Below, piece after piece: positions 20,516-30,877 of a stretch of 64,000 bases of DNA. Below the pieces are notes generated by a model. It did not search any database and was not told the origin of the DNA. It was given only the letters and a program-made list of their open reading frames with translations. The translations under genes and the position numbers were made by a program. Every line of letters begins with the position of its first letter. Within the stretch, counting starts at the first letter, position 1. The stretch is from an uncultured Spirochaetota bacterium (lineage in GTDB: Bacteria; Spirochaetota; Spirochaetia; SZUA-6; Fen-1364): positions 1,014,022-1,078,021 of the forward strand of contig CAWGAA010000003.1 in NCBI GenBank assembly GCA_963820525.1. Reading direction: 5' to 3'.

Positions 20516-21241
20516 ATGGCCGGAGAGACGATTCTCATCGTCGAGGACGAGGCTTCCGTGGCGCGCGGCCTGGAGTACGGCCTGAAAGCGGAAGGCTTCG
20601 CCGTGCTTGCGGCCCCCAATGGCAAAAAGGCGCTCGAGCTGGCCCGGGGCTCCAACCCCCACCTCATTCTCCTGGACATCCGGCTTCCCGACATGAGCGG
20701 ATTCGACGTGTGCCGCACCCTGCGCGAGGAAGGGATGGCTCTTCCCATTCTCATGGTGACGGCCCGCGATGAGGAGGTGGACAAGGTCCTGGGGCTCGAG
20801 CTGGGGGCCGACGACTACATCGTCAAGCCCTTCAGCTTCCGGGAGCTTCTCTCGCGGATCCGCGCGGCGCTGCGGCGGGCCTACGGGGAACTCTCCTCCT
20901 CGAGCGGCGCGGAAAAGGTTTCGTTCGGGGAGATCGTGGTGGACTTACAAAAGCTGCGCGTGGACAAGAAGGGGAGAAACGTATACCTCACTCCGACCGA
21001 ATACCGCCTGCTGCGCCAGCTCGTCACCCACCCCGACCAGGTCTTCAGCAGGGACTCCCTTCTGGAGATCGTCTGGGGATACGACAGCTCGGTGGATTCT
21101 CACCGAACTGTGGACGTTCACATGCGCCATCTGCGGGAGAAGATCGAGGACGACCCCGCCAACCCCCGCTGGCTGCTCACCGTGCGGGGGACGGGCTACA
21201 TGTTCTCTCCCGTACAGCCTGAAAATGTTAACGAAATTTAA
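20516..21241 (+). CDS. OmpR/PhoB family response regulator
   Basis: IVEDE, LDIRLPDMSG, GADDYIVKPF, RTVDVHMRHLREKIE, TVRGTGY. Confidence 0.95.
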   Translation: MAGETILIVEDEASVARGLEYGLKAEGFAVLAAPNGKKALELARGSNPHLILLDIRLPDMSGFDVCRTLREEGMALPILMVTARDEEVDKVLGLELGADDYIVKPFSFRELLSRIRAALRRAYGELSSSSGAEKVSFGEIVVDLQKLRVDKKGRNVYLTPTEYRLLRQLVTHPDQVFSRDSLLEIVWGYDSSVDSHRTVDVHMRHLREKIEDDPANPRWLLTVRGTGYMFSPVQPENVNEI

Positions 21242-21285
21242 CCGCTTCGCAAAACAACGATAACGATGGTGAGGTAGGTTATACT
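21228..21285 (+). promoter_or_regulatory. Putative OmpR-family box and -10 element for the PDZ gene
   Basis: TTAAC direct repeat with 10-bp period (21228, 21238) and TATACT at 21280, followed by GGAGGT RBS. Confidence 0.45.
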
Positions 21286-21301
21286 TCGGAGGTAGACCTT
21301 C

Positions 21302-22534
21302 ATGTTGCGAAATTTTTTCAACCTGCCTCGCGCAGGGCTATTGGCCGCGGCCATCCTTACCGCGGGAGCGGCGCTGCTCTTTGCCCAAACCCCCGTCCCG
21401 CGGGGCCCCGGCTCGCCCGCGCCGGACATCGTGAGCGCTCCCGGCGTTCTTGTGGGCGCGGTGTTCAGCGGAAGCCCTGCCGAAAAAGCGGGAATCTCGC
21501 GCGGCGACATCGTTCTGTCCGCCGACGGGAAGGACGTCAATACCGTGCCTGACCTCGTCCGGGCCGTTGAGGCGCACAAGGCGGGCGACACGCTCTCCCT
21601 CAGGATCAAACATGGAGACGCGGAACGAACGCTCAAGCTCGCCCTGGCGGAGAGGGACGCGCGCCCGTACCTCGGCATCCTTCCCTACGCTCCCCAATTC
21701 GTGAGAAACGAAGGGCAGGGATCGCGCGGCGTGCCGCCCCGTAGCGGGGCCTCCGTCGTTCGCGTTCTTCCCGGAAGCCCGGCGGAGAAGGCCGGCGTGA
21801 AGACGGCGGACCTGATCGTCTCGGCGGACGGAGTCACGGTGGGGCCGCAAAACGATCTTTCTGCTCTCATCGCCAAGCACAAGGTCGGCGACACGGTGAC
21901 CCTTTCCGTGGTCACCGCGGGCCAGCCCGCGCGTGACATCACGGTGATCCTGGAAAAGAATCCTCAGAAACCGGACAGCCCCTATCTGGGAATCGAGTAC
22001 GGGCGGCCGCGCGGGTTCTCGATGATGCCCGGCTTCTCCCGCGGTATGCTCGGACCCTTCGGACGCGAAGGCTTCGGGCCCGGCGCTGGCGGAAACATCA
22101 TCCAGGGAACCATCGTCGATGCGGTCTCGGACAACAGCCCGGCGGCCAAAGCCGGAATCAAGGCTCGGGATATCATCACCGCGGTTGACGGCACCGCCGT
22201 CATCTCCCCTCGAGGGCTCGTTGACGCGCTCTCCAAGCGCAAGCCGGGGGATGCCGTCACCGTGACGGTGTATCGCTTCAATGATGACAAGAGCGTCCAG
22301 GTCAAGGTGACCCTCGGTCAGGCGCCGCAGGGCTCCGGCTCTCAAGGGAACGCAGCCGCGAGCGGAGCGTTCCTGGGCGCCACGGTGAGCAGGTTCATGG
22401 GGTGGGAAGGTCCCGACGGGGAGCGCACGCTTCCCCTGGCCCCCGGGCCGCGGGAAGCGCTTCCCCCCGGGATGCCGCTCCTTCGCCTGGACCCGCAGGC
22501 CCCGAATCCGCCGGTGCAGGCCTCCGAAGCGTAA
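21302..22534 (+). CDS. Secreted protein with three PDZ domains and no protease domain
   Basis: Signal peptide ending LFA; three (G/N)SPAxKAG..D.I...DG repeats, followed by PYLGI, PYLGI and AFLGA. Confidence 0.85.
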   Translation: MLRNFFNLPRAGLLAAAILTAGAALLFAQTPVPRGPGSPAPDIVSAPGVLVGAVFSGSPAEKAGISRGDIVLSADGKDVNTVPDLVRAVEAHKAGDTLSLRIKHGDAERTLKLALAERDARPYLGILPYAPQFVRNEGQGSRGVPPRSGASVVRVLPGSPAEKAGVKTADLIVSADGVTVGPQNDLSALIAKHKVGDTVTLSVVTAGQPARDITVILEKNPQKPDSPYLGIEYGRPRGFSMMPGFSRGMLGPFGREGFGPGAGGNIIQGTIVDAVSDNSPAAKAGIKARDIITAVDGTAVISPRGLVDALSKRKPGDAVTVTVYRFNDDKSVQVKVTLGQAPQGSGSQGNAAASGAFLGATVSRFMGWEGPDGERTLPLAPGPREALPPGMPLLRLDPQAPNPPVQASEA

Positions 22535-22549
22535 AGGGGAGGAGAAGCC

Positions 22550-24163
22550 GTGTTTCGAACCATCCGCTGGCGGCTCGTGGCGAGCTACGCCGCGCTGATC
22601 CTGCTCGCCGTGACCCTCATGGGAGGGCTGGCCGTCTCGTTTCTCCAGAGATACGTGGACCGGCAGGAAAGGGATTTTCTCGACGCCAACGCCGCGGCGG
22701 TGGCGCGGCAGGCGCGGCTGTTCCTCGCCCCGCCCATAAGGCGGGTGGCGCTGGAGGAGCTGGCGTACACCTCGGCGTTCCTCGGCAACGCGCGGGTGCG
22801 GGTCCTGGACGGCGACAAATCGGTGCTGGCGGACTCAGGAGATCCCTCGCAGCCGGACGAGTTCATCTGGCTCGTCCCGTCGGGACTCGCCGAGATCGAC
22901 CTCGAGCACCACAACACGGCTCCCTTCATCATCACCCTGCCGGCTCCCGGGCGGGCCGGCCGTCCGCAGAGTCTTCGCGATATCATGCCCCTCCTTCGCG
23001 ATCTCCCCCTGGGCACCTCCCGCGTTTACGCGCAGAGGTTCTTCACGCCCTGGGGGAGACGCTTTGAGTTCAGGAGCTCCGAGGAACCCTCTTCGAACTC
23101 CGCCTCCGCGGGGGCGCCCCGGAATTTCCTCACGGTGACCCTGCCCGTCGACCTCCAGGGGGCGCGGCTGGGATACGTGGAAATGTCCAGCCCCCTGAGT
23201 CTCCAGCGGGAGGCGATCGGGACCATGAGCACCGCCCTGGTGTTCTCCGGGCTGGGAGCGCTCGCCGTAGCGGTGGCTGTGGGGCTTCTCATTGGAAAGA
23301 CCCTCACGGATCCGCTGCGGAGCCTCGCCTTTGCCGCCAAACGGATGGCAGGCGGCGATCTCACGGCCCGCGCCTCCGGCGAACGGCGCGACGAAATGGG
23401 AGCTCTCGCCCGCCAGTTCAACGGCATGGCGGAAAGCCTCGAGAGGAGCTTCCGGCAGCTTGAGGTGGAGCGGGACTCCCTGAAGCGTTTCGTGGCCGAC
23501 GCCTCCCACGAGCTTCGCACCCCGATCACGGCGCTTTCCACCTTCACGGAGCTGCTCCAGGGCCGCGCCGAAGAGGATCCCAAGGCCCGTGCCGAGTTTC
23601 TCCGGGAAAGCATGAAGCAGATCAAGCGGCTGGAGTGGATCACGGGGAACCTCCTCGACCTCTCGCGCCTGGACGCGGGCATCGCTTCCCTCTCTTTCAA
23701 TGCGCACGACGCGGCGAATCTTCTGGAGGAGGCAGCCGCGCCGGTGCGCGCCCAGGCACGGGAAAAGGGGATCGCGCTCGAGGTCACGCCCCCGGGCGCC
23801 GGCCTGGAGGTGCGGTGCGATCGTGAGCGTGTGATCATGGCCCTTTCCAACCTCATCGCGAACGCCGTCAAATTCACGCCCCCCGGAGGCTCGATAGAAG
23901 CCTGCGTCTCGCAGGCGGGCGACTTCTCGCGCTTCACCGTCCGGGATACCGGCCGCGGAATCGAGGAGCGGGACGTTCCTCGCGTCTTTGAGAGGTTCTA
24001 CCGGGGAAAGAACGACGGCGAGGAAGGCGCGGGGTTGGGCCTCGCAATCGTCAAGAGCGTGGCCGAGGCGCATGGCGGCTCGGTGGCAATCGAGAGCGCT
24101 CCGGGAAAGGGCACTCTCGTCTCCATGGACATCCCTCTCCGCCGAGCCGACCGCTCCGCCTGA
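22550..24163 (+). CDS. HAMP-domain sensor histidine kinase
   Basis: Two TMs, HAMP, ASHELRTP H-box, NAVKFT, DTGRGI, GLGL. Confidence 0.95.
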   Translation: MFRTIRWRLVASYAALILLAVTLMGGLAVSFLQRYVDRQERDFLDANAAAVARQARLFLAPPIRRVALEELAYTSAFLGNARVRVLDGDKSVLADSGDPSQPDEFIWLVPSGLAEIDLEHHNTAPFIITLPAPGRAGRPQSLRDIMPLLRDLPLGTSRVYAQRFFTPWGRRFEFRSSEEPSSNSASAGAPRNFLTVTLPVDLQGARLGYVEMSSPLSLQREAIGTMSTALVFSGLGALAVAVAVGLLIGKTLTDPLRSLAFAAKRMAGGDLTARASGERRDEMGALARQFNGMAESLERSFRQLEVERDSLKRFVADASHELRTPITALSTFTELLQGRAEEDPKARAEFLRESMKQIKRLEWITGNLLDLSRLDAGIASLSFNAHDAANLLEEAAAPVRAQAREKGIALEVTPPGAGLEVRCDRERVIMALSNLIANAVKFTPPGGSIEACVSQAGDFSRFTVRDTGRGIEERDVPRVFERFYRGKNDGEEGAGLGLAIVKSVAEAHGGSVAIESAPGKGTLVSMDIPLRRADRSA

Positions 24164-24235
24164 AATGGCTCGCCGCCGGACGCGATTGCCGCTCCGCGGG
24201 CGCGCCAGTATTTTCGGTTTACGGGAGGTACACCA

Positions 24236-24883
24236 ATGAAGAAGCCCATTCTCTGCCTTTTATTCTGCGTCCTTGCGGCGAGCGCGTTCGCGCAGGGGGA
24301 GAAATCCCCCCGGGAGGAGCTCAACGACGAGGTCACCGCGATCCTGGACCGGAACGCCTCCACCACGCTGGGGACGATGAGCCTTGGAGACGCGGAAAAG
24401 ATCGCGGGAGAGATCTCCGTCGCGTATCAGAAGTACGCCTATATCGAGTCATCGCGGGCCGCGTCCTTCATGCTTCCTGGGCTTGGCCAGTTCAAAAACG
24501 GGGACGCTATGGGGGGAAGCCTCTTTCTCATCGGAGATCTGGCCGTCACCGCCGGCGCCCTGCTGGGCGCATACTACCTCCTTCCGGCCAACGTGAGGTT
24601 CGACTCTCTGGATTATCTCAACACCCCGCTTTCCGCGATCAGGACGACGTGGCAGTCGAACACGGTCATGAACTATCTCCCCAGCGCCGGGGTGCTCGCG
24701 GGGGGAATGCTCGTGAACGGGCTCCTGCGCTGGTTCTCCGCAGAAAACGCCACATCCCTGGCGCGCAAGAACATCGCGGACGGCAAAGTCACTTTCCAGC
24801 CCAGGTTCGTTCCCCTTTTTGGCCCATTAGCCGGGCCGGACGGCCGGATGGGAATGGGGATGATGATGCGCTTCGGGTACTAG
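24236..24883 (+). CDS. Hypothetical exported/membrane protein
   Basis: Signal peptide, LPGLGQF motif plus hydrophobic segments, C-terminal GMGMMMRFGY; GGAGG RBS. Confidence 0.7.
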   Translation: MKKPILCLLFCVLAASAFAQGEKSPREELNDEVTAILDRNASTTLGTMSLGDAEKIAGEISVAYQKYAYIESSRAASFMLPGLGQFKNGDAMGGSLFLIGDLAVTAGALLGAYYLLPANVRFDSLDYLNTPLSAIRTTWQSNTVMNYLPSAGVLAGGMLVNGLLRWFSAENATSLARKNIADGKVTFQPRFVPLFGPLAGPDGRMGMGMMMRFGY

Positions 24884-25020
24884 CGCGACCCGCTACCTTC
24901 AAACGCCGCCGTTTCGCGGCGCGTGAACCCCCGTTCGGCGGCTCATGGTTGATTTCACGGCGCGCGAGCACGCGCCCGGCAGCTCATGACTCGTTCGCGG
25001 GGCGCCCCGGAAGCAACGCT

Positions 25021-28000
25021 CTAGACGCCGGCGCGAAAGGTGAGCCGCTTGTAGTCTTCCACGAAACCGAAGGAGAGGAGCGCCTCCCTATAGGGGCTCC
25101 TCACCGCCGCTTCGTCATTGATCTTCTCGACGTGAAGGGCCGAGAGCGGCCGCAGGTCGCGGCCGACGAGCTCCCGGATGAAGCCGAGGTATTCGGAGAT
25201 CCGCGGATCTTGCGGAGGAAAGCGGAGCTCCAGCTCCCGGCCCTGCCTGCGCGAGACGAGGACCAGAGCGCGGCCGTGGAAAACCAGGTGCGTCGAGGGC
25301 ACGCGCGGGGGCAGGATCCCCTTGAAGGCTTCAAGCCCCGTGCCGCACAGCGAGGCGGGGTCCACGGCGTTCATCCAATAGACGGCATCCTCCGGCAGCT
25401 CACCGCGAAGCTCCTCGAACGCCTGGGGCGAGGCGAACTGGAGCCCCGGGATTCCCTCGAAGAAACGGCCGGAGAGAACCTCTCCGGAAAGCTCCATGAT
25501 CCGAAGGCTTCTGAAGAGCGCGCCCCAGCGAAGGGGGGCAAGCTCGTTCTCCAGGGCCTCCCTGTACACCACTCCGAAGCGCTGGAGGACCTGGCGGATC
25601 CTGTCCCGGTTGCGCTCTTCCTCTTCGAGGGCATCGCGCTCCGCGGCCCGCGGCAGACGGAACCAGTACCCGGCGGCGGGGCGCGATGCCTGCCAGCGGC
25701 TGAAGCTGGGACGGGCCTTCACGCCTGCCCTCCGATGAGCGCCAAAGCCTGTCTCGAGGGCCTGGAATCTGCCGTCGATTCCGCGCCTCACCGTCTGGAA
25801 TGAATCGTTGGACGCCAGGCCTTCCCAGGCGAAGTGCCACAGCCGCTTCGAAAGTTCCTGTGTGGTGAGCCCCGAGCGGTCGGCAAGCTCCCAGAATCCG
25901 TACTTGCCGAATGCTTCGGGAAAGACGGCGTCGAGGGAGCGTTCCTCTGCCGAGGGACCGGTAAAGAGCTCCAGATCCTCCGCGAAGCAGAATGCGATCC
26001 TCTCCCGCCCGCATCCGAACCAGACCAGCCCCGCCTCGGAGAAAAGCGAATCGAGCCATCGACCGCCATAGCCGTGAAGGCGCGCGGGAAGCACCTCCTC
26101 CTCCCATATGCGCGCCGGAAGGCCGAAGCCGAAAAGCTTTTCCCACGCCTCTTTCATGTCATCGGGGCCTGCCCCGCGCCGCGTGAGGCCCTGGCGCCGG
26201 GCCAGATAGAGGGGAAGAAGCTCCGCGGCGAGCGGCGTGAAGGACGGCCGGGCCTGGGAGCGGGCCATGCGGAGGAGCCGCTCGAGGTTCTCCCTGTCGC
26301 AGAGGAAAGCTGCCTCGGACCCCGCAACCAGGCGGTCCACGACGACAAGCTCCTCCTCCACGAGGTCCTCCAGCGCGGCCTGGAACCGCTCGTCGGTCGG
26401 ACCGAGCGCGGCCTGGGCAAAGGAGGGCTCCACGGGACCATAGAAGCGGAGCCACTGGGAGAGAAGGGAGGCGAGCGCCTCGTCGTCCTCCTCCTTCGCC
26501 CGCATGATCCGCGTGACGCTCTCACGCGCCGCCACAGCCTCGGCCGGCATGCCGAGGAAAACGATCTTGTCCTCCAGCTCCGTCATGAGGTCGGCCGCCG
26601 GGGTCCCATGATCCCTTTGGCATGCGGCGAGAAGCTCGTCCCACTCCCCCCGCGGAATAAGGACCCTCTCCTTCACCCACTCGAGAAGCTCCACGCCTCC
26701 CCGCGGAGCGTAGCCCGGCGCCGTCCTCTGGAGCTTGCCCAGAAGCTCGGATGCAGCCGCGGGCTTGATCTGCGGGCGGAGGGAAGAGGAGAGGACCAGC
26801 TCGCGGATGAGGTCTCCCCGAAGGGCGGTCTGTCCTCCGGCTCGCGGGGTGTCGTCCTGGTACATGAAGGTGTTGGTCTGCTTCCATAAGAGGCCCCCGC
26901 AGAACGGCGATGGGGCGGAGGTGACGGCCTCGCTCACGCGGATCTTCCCCGACGCCACCTCCTCCAGCACCAGCCTCAGGCTCTCCATGTCGAACTCGTC
27001 CCTCAGGCAGGTGCGCCACGTCTCCACGATCATGGGGAAGTCGTCGTACTTCGACACCTCGGCGAAGAGGTTCTTGGCCCGAAGGCGCGTGAACCAGAGG
27101 GGCATCCTCCTGTTGGCCGCGGACTTCGGCAGAAGCAGGGCGCGGGATGCGTTCTCCCGGAAGCGCGCCCCGAAAAAGCCGCTGGACTCCAGCTTTTTCC
27201 GCAAGAGCCGCTCGAGGTTCTCGGGGGTGACAAGTGAAACGATCCGCGCGGCCGGCTCGTCCTCGGGCAGGAGCAGGAGGATCGCATCGTCGTCCTGGAT
27301 CATCTCCGGCGGGTGCCCGAGCTCCTCCTCCCACGCTGCCGCAAGGGCCAGGGAGTACGGCCTGTTGACCCTCCCGCCCCACAGGGTATGAAGGACGATC
27401 CGCTTCAGGCCGGGAAGCGTGCCGCTCGGGGCCCCCGGCGCGGCATCCCGCGCGGCCGCCGCGCCGAGGGCCGGCTCGACGGCGGCGCCGGGGCCGTCTC
27501 TGGTATGTTCCACCAGGAGGTGATGCCTGTGGGGCAGGTCGGTCCCGGTGGCCTCTCTCTGCCGCGCGAGGAATCGGACGAGCTCCAAAGCGGCAGGCGG
27601 CTCGAGGGAGAAATCGCGCTCGAGGAGCGCGGGGAAGGCGGGGTCTTCGAGCCTTCCCGTCCAATCCTCCAGCGCTTCCGCGATGCGCCGGGATAGATGG
27701 AAGCTGCGGTTGCGCTCCTCCGCCTTCCAGAAGGGCGCCATGGCGGTGTTCGACGACGAGGGGGCGACCTCAACGTTCTGATGGTCTATCTTCTCGATCC
27801 GCCATCCCTGCGTGCCGAAGAAAAACGAATCCCCGACGGACCTTTCCCACACGAACTCCTCGTCGAGCTCGCCGATCAGGGCCTTGCCGCCCGCGGTGCG
27901 CATGCTGAAGGAGCCCCGGTCGGGGATTGTGCCGCCGCTGGAGTAGAGGCGCTGGAGCGCGCCGCTTCGCGCCTGCACGGTGCCTTCGAGCGCGTCGACG

Positions 28001-29514
28001 GCGACGAGGGGAGAAAGCTCGCGGAGGCGCGACTCCTCGTACCTGCCGGCCAGCATGGCAATGACCAGATCGAAGTGCTCGCGGGACAGGGAGTTGAAGG
28101 GGAAGCTCGAGCGAAGCGTATCGTAGAGATCGTCGCGCTTCCAGGTTTCCATGGCCGTCATGGAGACGATCACCTGGGCCAGAACGTCCAGCGGGCAGAG
28201 CACCGGAGAGACTTCCTCGATGTCCTGCGCGAGGACGGAGCGGGCCATGACCGCGGCATCCGCCAGGTCCTTTCCGTGAAGCGCATAGATGACGGCCCTG
28301 CTGGGAGAGCCTATCCTGTGCCCCGCGCGGCCGATGCGCTGCACCGCCGAGCTCACGGAAAAGGGGGTCTGGATCAGGATGACCCTGTCCAGGACCCCGA
28401 TATCGATCCCCAGCTCGAGGGAGCTCGTCGCCACGATCGCCTTGAGCTCTCCGTTCTTCAGTCTCTGCTCAACCACGAGGCGGATCTCCCGGGAGAGAGA
28501 GCCGTGGTGCGACCAGGCGAGCTGCCCCTCCGCCCCCTCGTTGATGAACCGGGCCAGCTTCTCCGCATGCCTCCGGGAGTTGACGAAAAAAAGCGTGGAA
28601 CGGTTCTCCCGAATGATCCGCCTACACTCGAGTGTCAGGGCGCTCCACAGGGTTTCCTCGGTTTCGGCTGAAAGCTCGGTCGGGGAAGGCGCCGCGAAGC
28701 CCGCGCGGCCGGGCCGCAACGGGGGATTTCCGGGCAGGGGGAACGAGACGGATATCTCGTAGCGTTTGGCCATGGGGCAGTTGACGATCTCGATGGGCCG
28801 CTTTCTGTAAACCGGCTGCCCGCCGCTTCTCTCCAGCGTGAACCCCCCCACCAGGTCCGCCACCGTGGAGAGGGGGCGGACCGTGGCAGAAAGGGCGATC
28901 CTTTGGAACTCGCCGCTTGTGCGGGCAAGCCGTTCCACGGCGGTCATGAGGTGGGTCCCGCGCTTGGTGGAGGCGACGGCGTGCACCTCGTCGAGGATGA
29001 GGGTGGCGACTCCCGCGAGCATCGCGGATGCGTTCGGCGATGAGAGAATGAGGTTGAGGCTCTCCGGTGTCGTGATGAGGATCTCGGGAGGTCGGGAAAG
29101 CATCCTGCGCCGCTCCCCGGGCGGCGTGTCGCCGCTTCTGGTGAGGACGCGGATGGGCGGAAACTCGCGCCCCGCCTGCTGAAATAACTGCCTGAGGCCT
29201 TCGAGGGGACCGAGGAGGTTCTTCTGGATGTCGTTGTTCAGCGCCTTGAGCGGAGAGACGTAAAGGATCCTCACGCCGCCCGGCGGCAAGACGCCTCGAA
29301 CCAGGCGGTCGATGCCCCAGAGGAAAGCGGCCAGCGTCTTTCCCGTTCCGGTGGGCGCGGACACCAGAACGTGAGCGCCGCGCGCGATCGCCGGCCACGC
29401 GCGCGCCTGCACCTCGGTAGGCTCTCCCACCGAGCGGGCAAACCACTGGGCAACGAGCGGGTGGAAGGAGGCAAGGGGGTCCCCCGCGGGGGCTGCGTCT
29501 CGAATGGTATTCAA
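25021..29514 (-). CDS. lhr: Full-length Lhr family DEAD/H-box helicase
   Basis: APTGTGKT, SPLKALNND, TTPESL, DEVH, LSAT, SSLELGIDIG, QRIGRAGH; long C-terminal region; TTG start overlapping the upstream stop. Confidence 0.9.
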   Translation of the reverse strand: MNTIRDAAPAGDPLASFHPLVAQWFARSVGEPTEVQARAWPAIARGAHVLVSAPTGTGKTLAAFLWGIDRLVRGVLPPGGVRILYVSPLKALNNDIQKNLLGPLEGLRQLFQQAGREFPPIRVLTRSGDTPPGERRRMLSRPPEILITTPESLNLILSSPNASAMLAGVATLILDEVHAVASTKRGTHLMTAVERLARTSGEFQRIALSATVRPLSTVADLVGGFTLERSGGQPVYRKRPIEIVNCPMAKRYEISVSFPLPGNPPLRPGRAGFAAPSPTELSAETEETLWSALTLECRRIIRENRSTLFFVNSRRHAEKLARFINEGAEGQLAWSHHGSLSREIRLVVEQRLKNGELKAIVATSSLELGIDIGVLDRVILIQTPFSVSSAVQRIGRAGHRIGSPSRAVIYALHGKDLADAAVMARSVLAQDIEEVSPVLCPLDVLAQVIVSMTAMETWKRDDLYDTLRSSFPFNSLSREHFDLVIAMLAGRYEESRLRELSPLVAVDALEGTVQARSGALQRLYSSGGTIPDRGSFSMRTAGGKALIGELDEEFVWERSVGDSFFFGTQGWRIEKIDHQNVEVAPSSSNTAMAPFWKAEERNRSFHLSRRIAEALEDWTGRLEDPAFPALLERDFSLEPPAALELVRFLARQREATGTDLPHRHHLLVEHTRDGPGAAVEPALGAAAARDAAPGAPSGTLPGLKRIVLHTLWGGRVNRPYSLALAAAWEEELGHPPEMIQDDDAILLLLPEDEPAARIVSLVTPENLERLLRKKLESSGFFGARFRENASRALLLPKSAANRRMPLWFTRLRAKNLFAEVSKYDDFPMIVETWRTCLRDEFDMESLRLVLEEVASGKIRVSEAVTSAPSPFCGGLLWKQTNTFMYQDDTPRAGGQTALRGDLIRELVLSSSLRPQIKPAAASELLGKLQRTAPGYAPRGGVELLEWVKERVLIPRGEWDELLAACQRDHGTPAADLMTELEDKIVFLGMPAEAVAARESVTRIMRAKEEDDEALASLLSQWLRFYGPVEPSFAQAALGPTDERFQAALEDLVEEELVVVDRLVAGSEAAFLCDRENLERLLRMARSQARPSFTPLAAELLPLYLARRQGLTRRGAGPDDMKEAWEKLFGFGLPARIWEEEVLPARLHGYGGRWLDSLFSEAGLVWFGCGRERIAFCFAEDLELFTGPSAEERSLDAVFPEAFGKYGFWELADRSGLTTQELSKRLWHFAWEGLASNDSFQTVRRGIDGRFQALETGFGAHRRAGVKARPSFSRWQASRPAAGYWFRLPRAAERDALEEEERNRDRIRQVLQRFGVVYREALENELAPLRWGALFRSLRIMELSGEVLSGRFFEGIPGLQFASPQAFEELRGELPEDAVYWMNAVDPASLCGTGLEAFKGILPPRVPSTHLVFHGRALVLVSRRQGRELELRFPPQDPRISEYLGFIRELVGRDLRPLSALHVEKINDEAAVRSPYREALLSFGFVEDYKRLTFRAGV

Positions 29515-30341
29515 TTGGCCGGCTCGAGCGCCTTCGGCAAGGCGGCTTCCACCTGCTTCCAATGTACATCGAGCTTTCGCGGCCGGAAATCGGGGGGCCG
29601 CGGCGCCTGGCGCGCCCGCGCTATCCTCTCGTCGACAGCGGAGTGCGGATCCAGGTAGCGCATGATCGCCGGAGGCTCCTTGTCGCGGCTCTCCTTCAGG
29701 CGCGTCATGGCATCCGCGAAGGCGGAGGGGTCGATGCCGGCCTTGGGCAGGATTTGCAGGGCGAAGGCATCCGCCCTGTCCTCAGCCTCCCGCGAATAGT
29801 GCCTGCCGACGAGGGTCGTGATGGCGTCCTGGGCGAGATTCTGGCCGCGCCCTCCCGTGAGCACCGTCATCAGGGCGTTCATCCCCATCTGCCGCTCCAG
29901 AAGCGTGATGGGATCGCGGTTCGCCACGTGGCCGAGCTCGTGCGCGAGGATGGCGGCCATCTCTTCGGGGCTGTCGAGCCTGCGGATGAGGCCCGAGTAC
30001 ACGACCACGACGCCGCCGGGAAGCGTCACGGCATTGATCACGGGAGAGTCCACCACGATGACCTGGACATCGTAGGGAAGCTTCCCCAGCGCCGGAAGGA
30101 GGCGGGACTCGATGGCGGAGAATGCTGCCGCCACCGGCGGCTTATCCACGATCTTCTCCTCGGAGGCAATCTGCTTGAGCATGAGGCTCCTGAGAGACTG
30201 CTCGAGGGAAAGTGAGATGTCGGGAGCCGGTACCGGATTGGGGAAGAAGAGCTTCTGGATTCCCAGGGCAAGAGTAAAGAGCAAGGCAGCCGCCGCGATG
30301 ACGGCGGCCAGCTCCACCAGGAGTCTCCTCTGTCGATTCAT
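29511..30341 (-). CDS. M48 family metallopeptidase
   Basis: NAVTLPGG, HELGH, YSREAEDRAD; N-terminal TM. Confidence 0.88.
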   Translation of the reverse strand: MNRQRRLLVELAAVIAAAALLFTLALGIQKLFFPNPVPAPDISLSLEQSLRSLMLKQIASEEKIVDKPPVAAAFSAIESRLLPALGKLPYDVQVIVVDSPVINAVTLPGGVVVVYSGLIRRLDSPEEMAAILAHELGHVANRDPITLLERQMGMNALMTVLTGGRGQNLAQDAITTLVGRHYSREAEDRADAFALQILPKAGIDPSAFADAMTRLKESRDKEPPAIMRYLDPHSAVDERIARARQAPRPPDFRPRKLDVHWKQVEAALPKALEPAN

Positions 30342-30347
30342 CAAGCC

Positions 30348-30866
30348 CTAGAAACCCTCCGGAGGTCTGTTCGTCCACGATTCCTGGCGCTTCTGCCGGC
30401 TCTGCGCCCACGGCCCGTAGAAGTGGGCATAGGCGAGGCGGCCGAAGAATGGCATGTAGTAGAACCTGCCCTTGTGCGCCTGGATGAGGGCAATGATGGA
30501 AAAGACGATATACAGAACGTTCACGAGGACGAGGAAGAACAGGTACGCCAGGAAAGGCCCCAGGAGAAAATGGGGGCTTGTGGCGATGAGCACGATGACC
30601 CACGCCACCAGGCCCGCGTTGATCAGGACCACGGGAATATGGGACATCAGGGCCTGGTAGCAGTGGAAGGCCACGAACCGCGAGGTCTTGCGGTTGACGA
30701 GGTAGTAGATCACCGAGGCGATGAGGTTGATCAGGGGAAGGGGCAGGCCGATGGCCCACGAAGCGAACATCATGAGGTACGAGCCCATGGCGTCGTCTCT
30801 TTCCCTTTCGCTGATCTGGTCCGGCTGGGGAAGCCCGCCGGCGGGATGCTCAGTGCCCGCGTCCAT
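30348..30866 (-). CDS. DUF4870-like membrane protein
   Basis: Three TMs; SRFVAFHCYQAL, GRFYYMPFFG. Confidence 0.7.
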   Translation of the reverse strand: MDAGTEHPAGGLPQPDQISERERDDAMGSYLMMFASWAIGLPLPLINLIASVIYYLVNRKTSRFVAFHCYQALMSHIPVVLINAGLVAWVIVLIATSPHFLLGPFLAYLFFLVLVNVLYIVFSIIALIQAHKGRFYYMPFFGRLAYAHFYGPWAQSRQKRQESWTNRPPEGF

Positions 30867-30877
30867 GGCCTATCATC

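Noticed and set aside
24884..25020. Structured ncRNA between convergent genes
   Set aside because: Only short GC hairpins; no recognisable RNA family or promoter.
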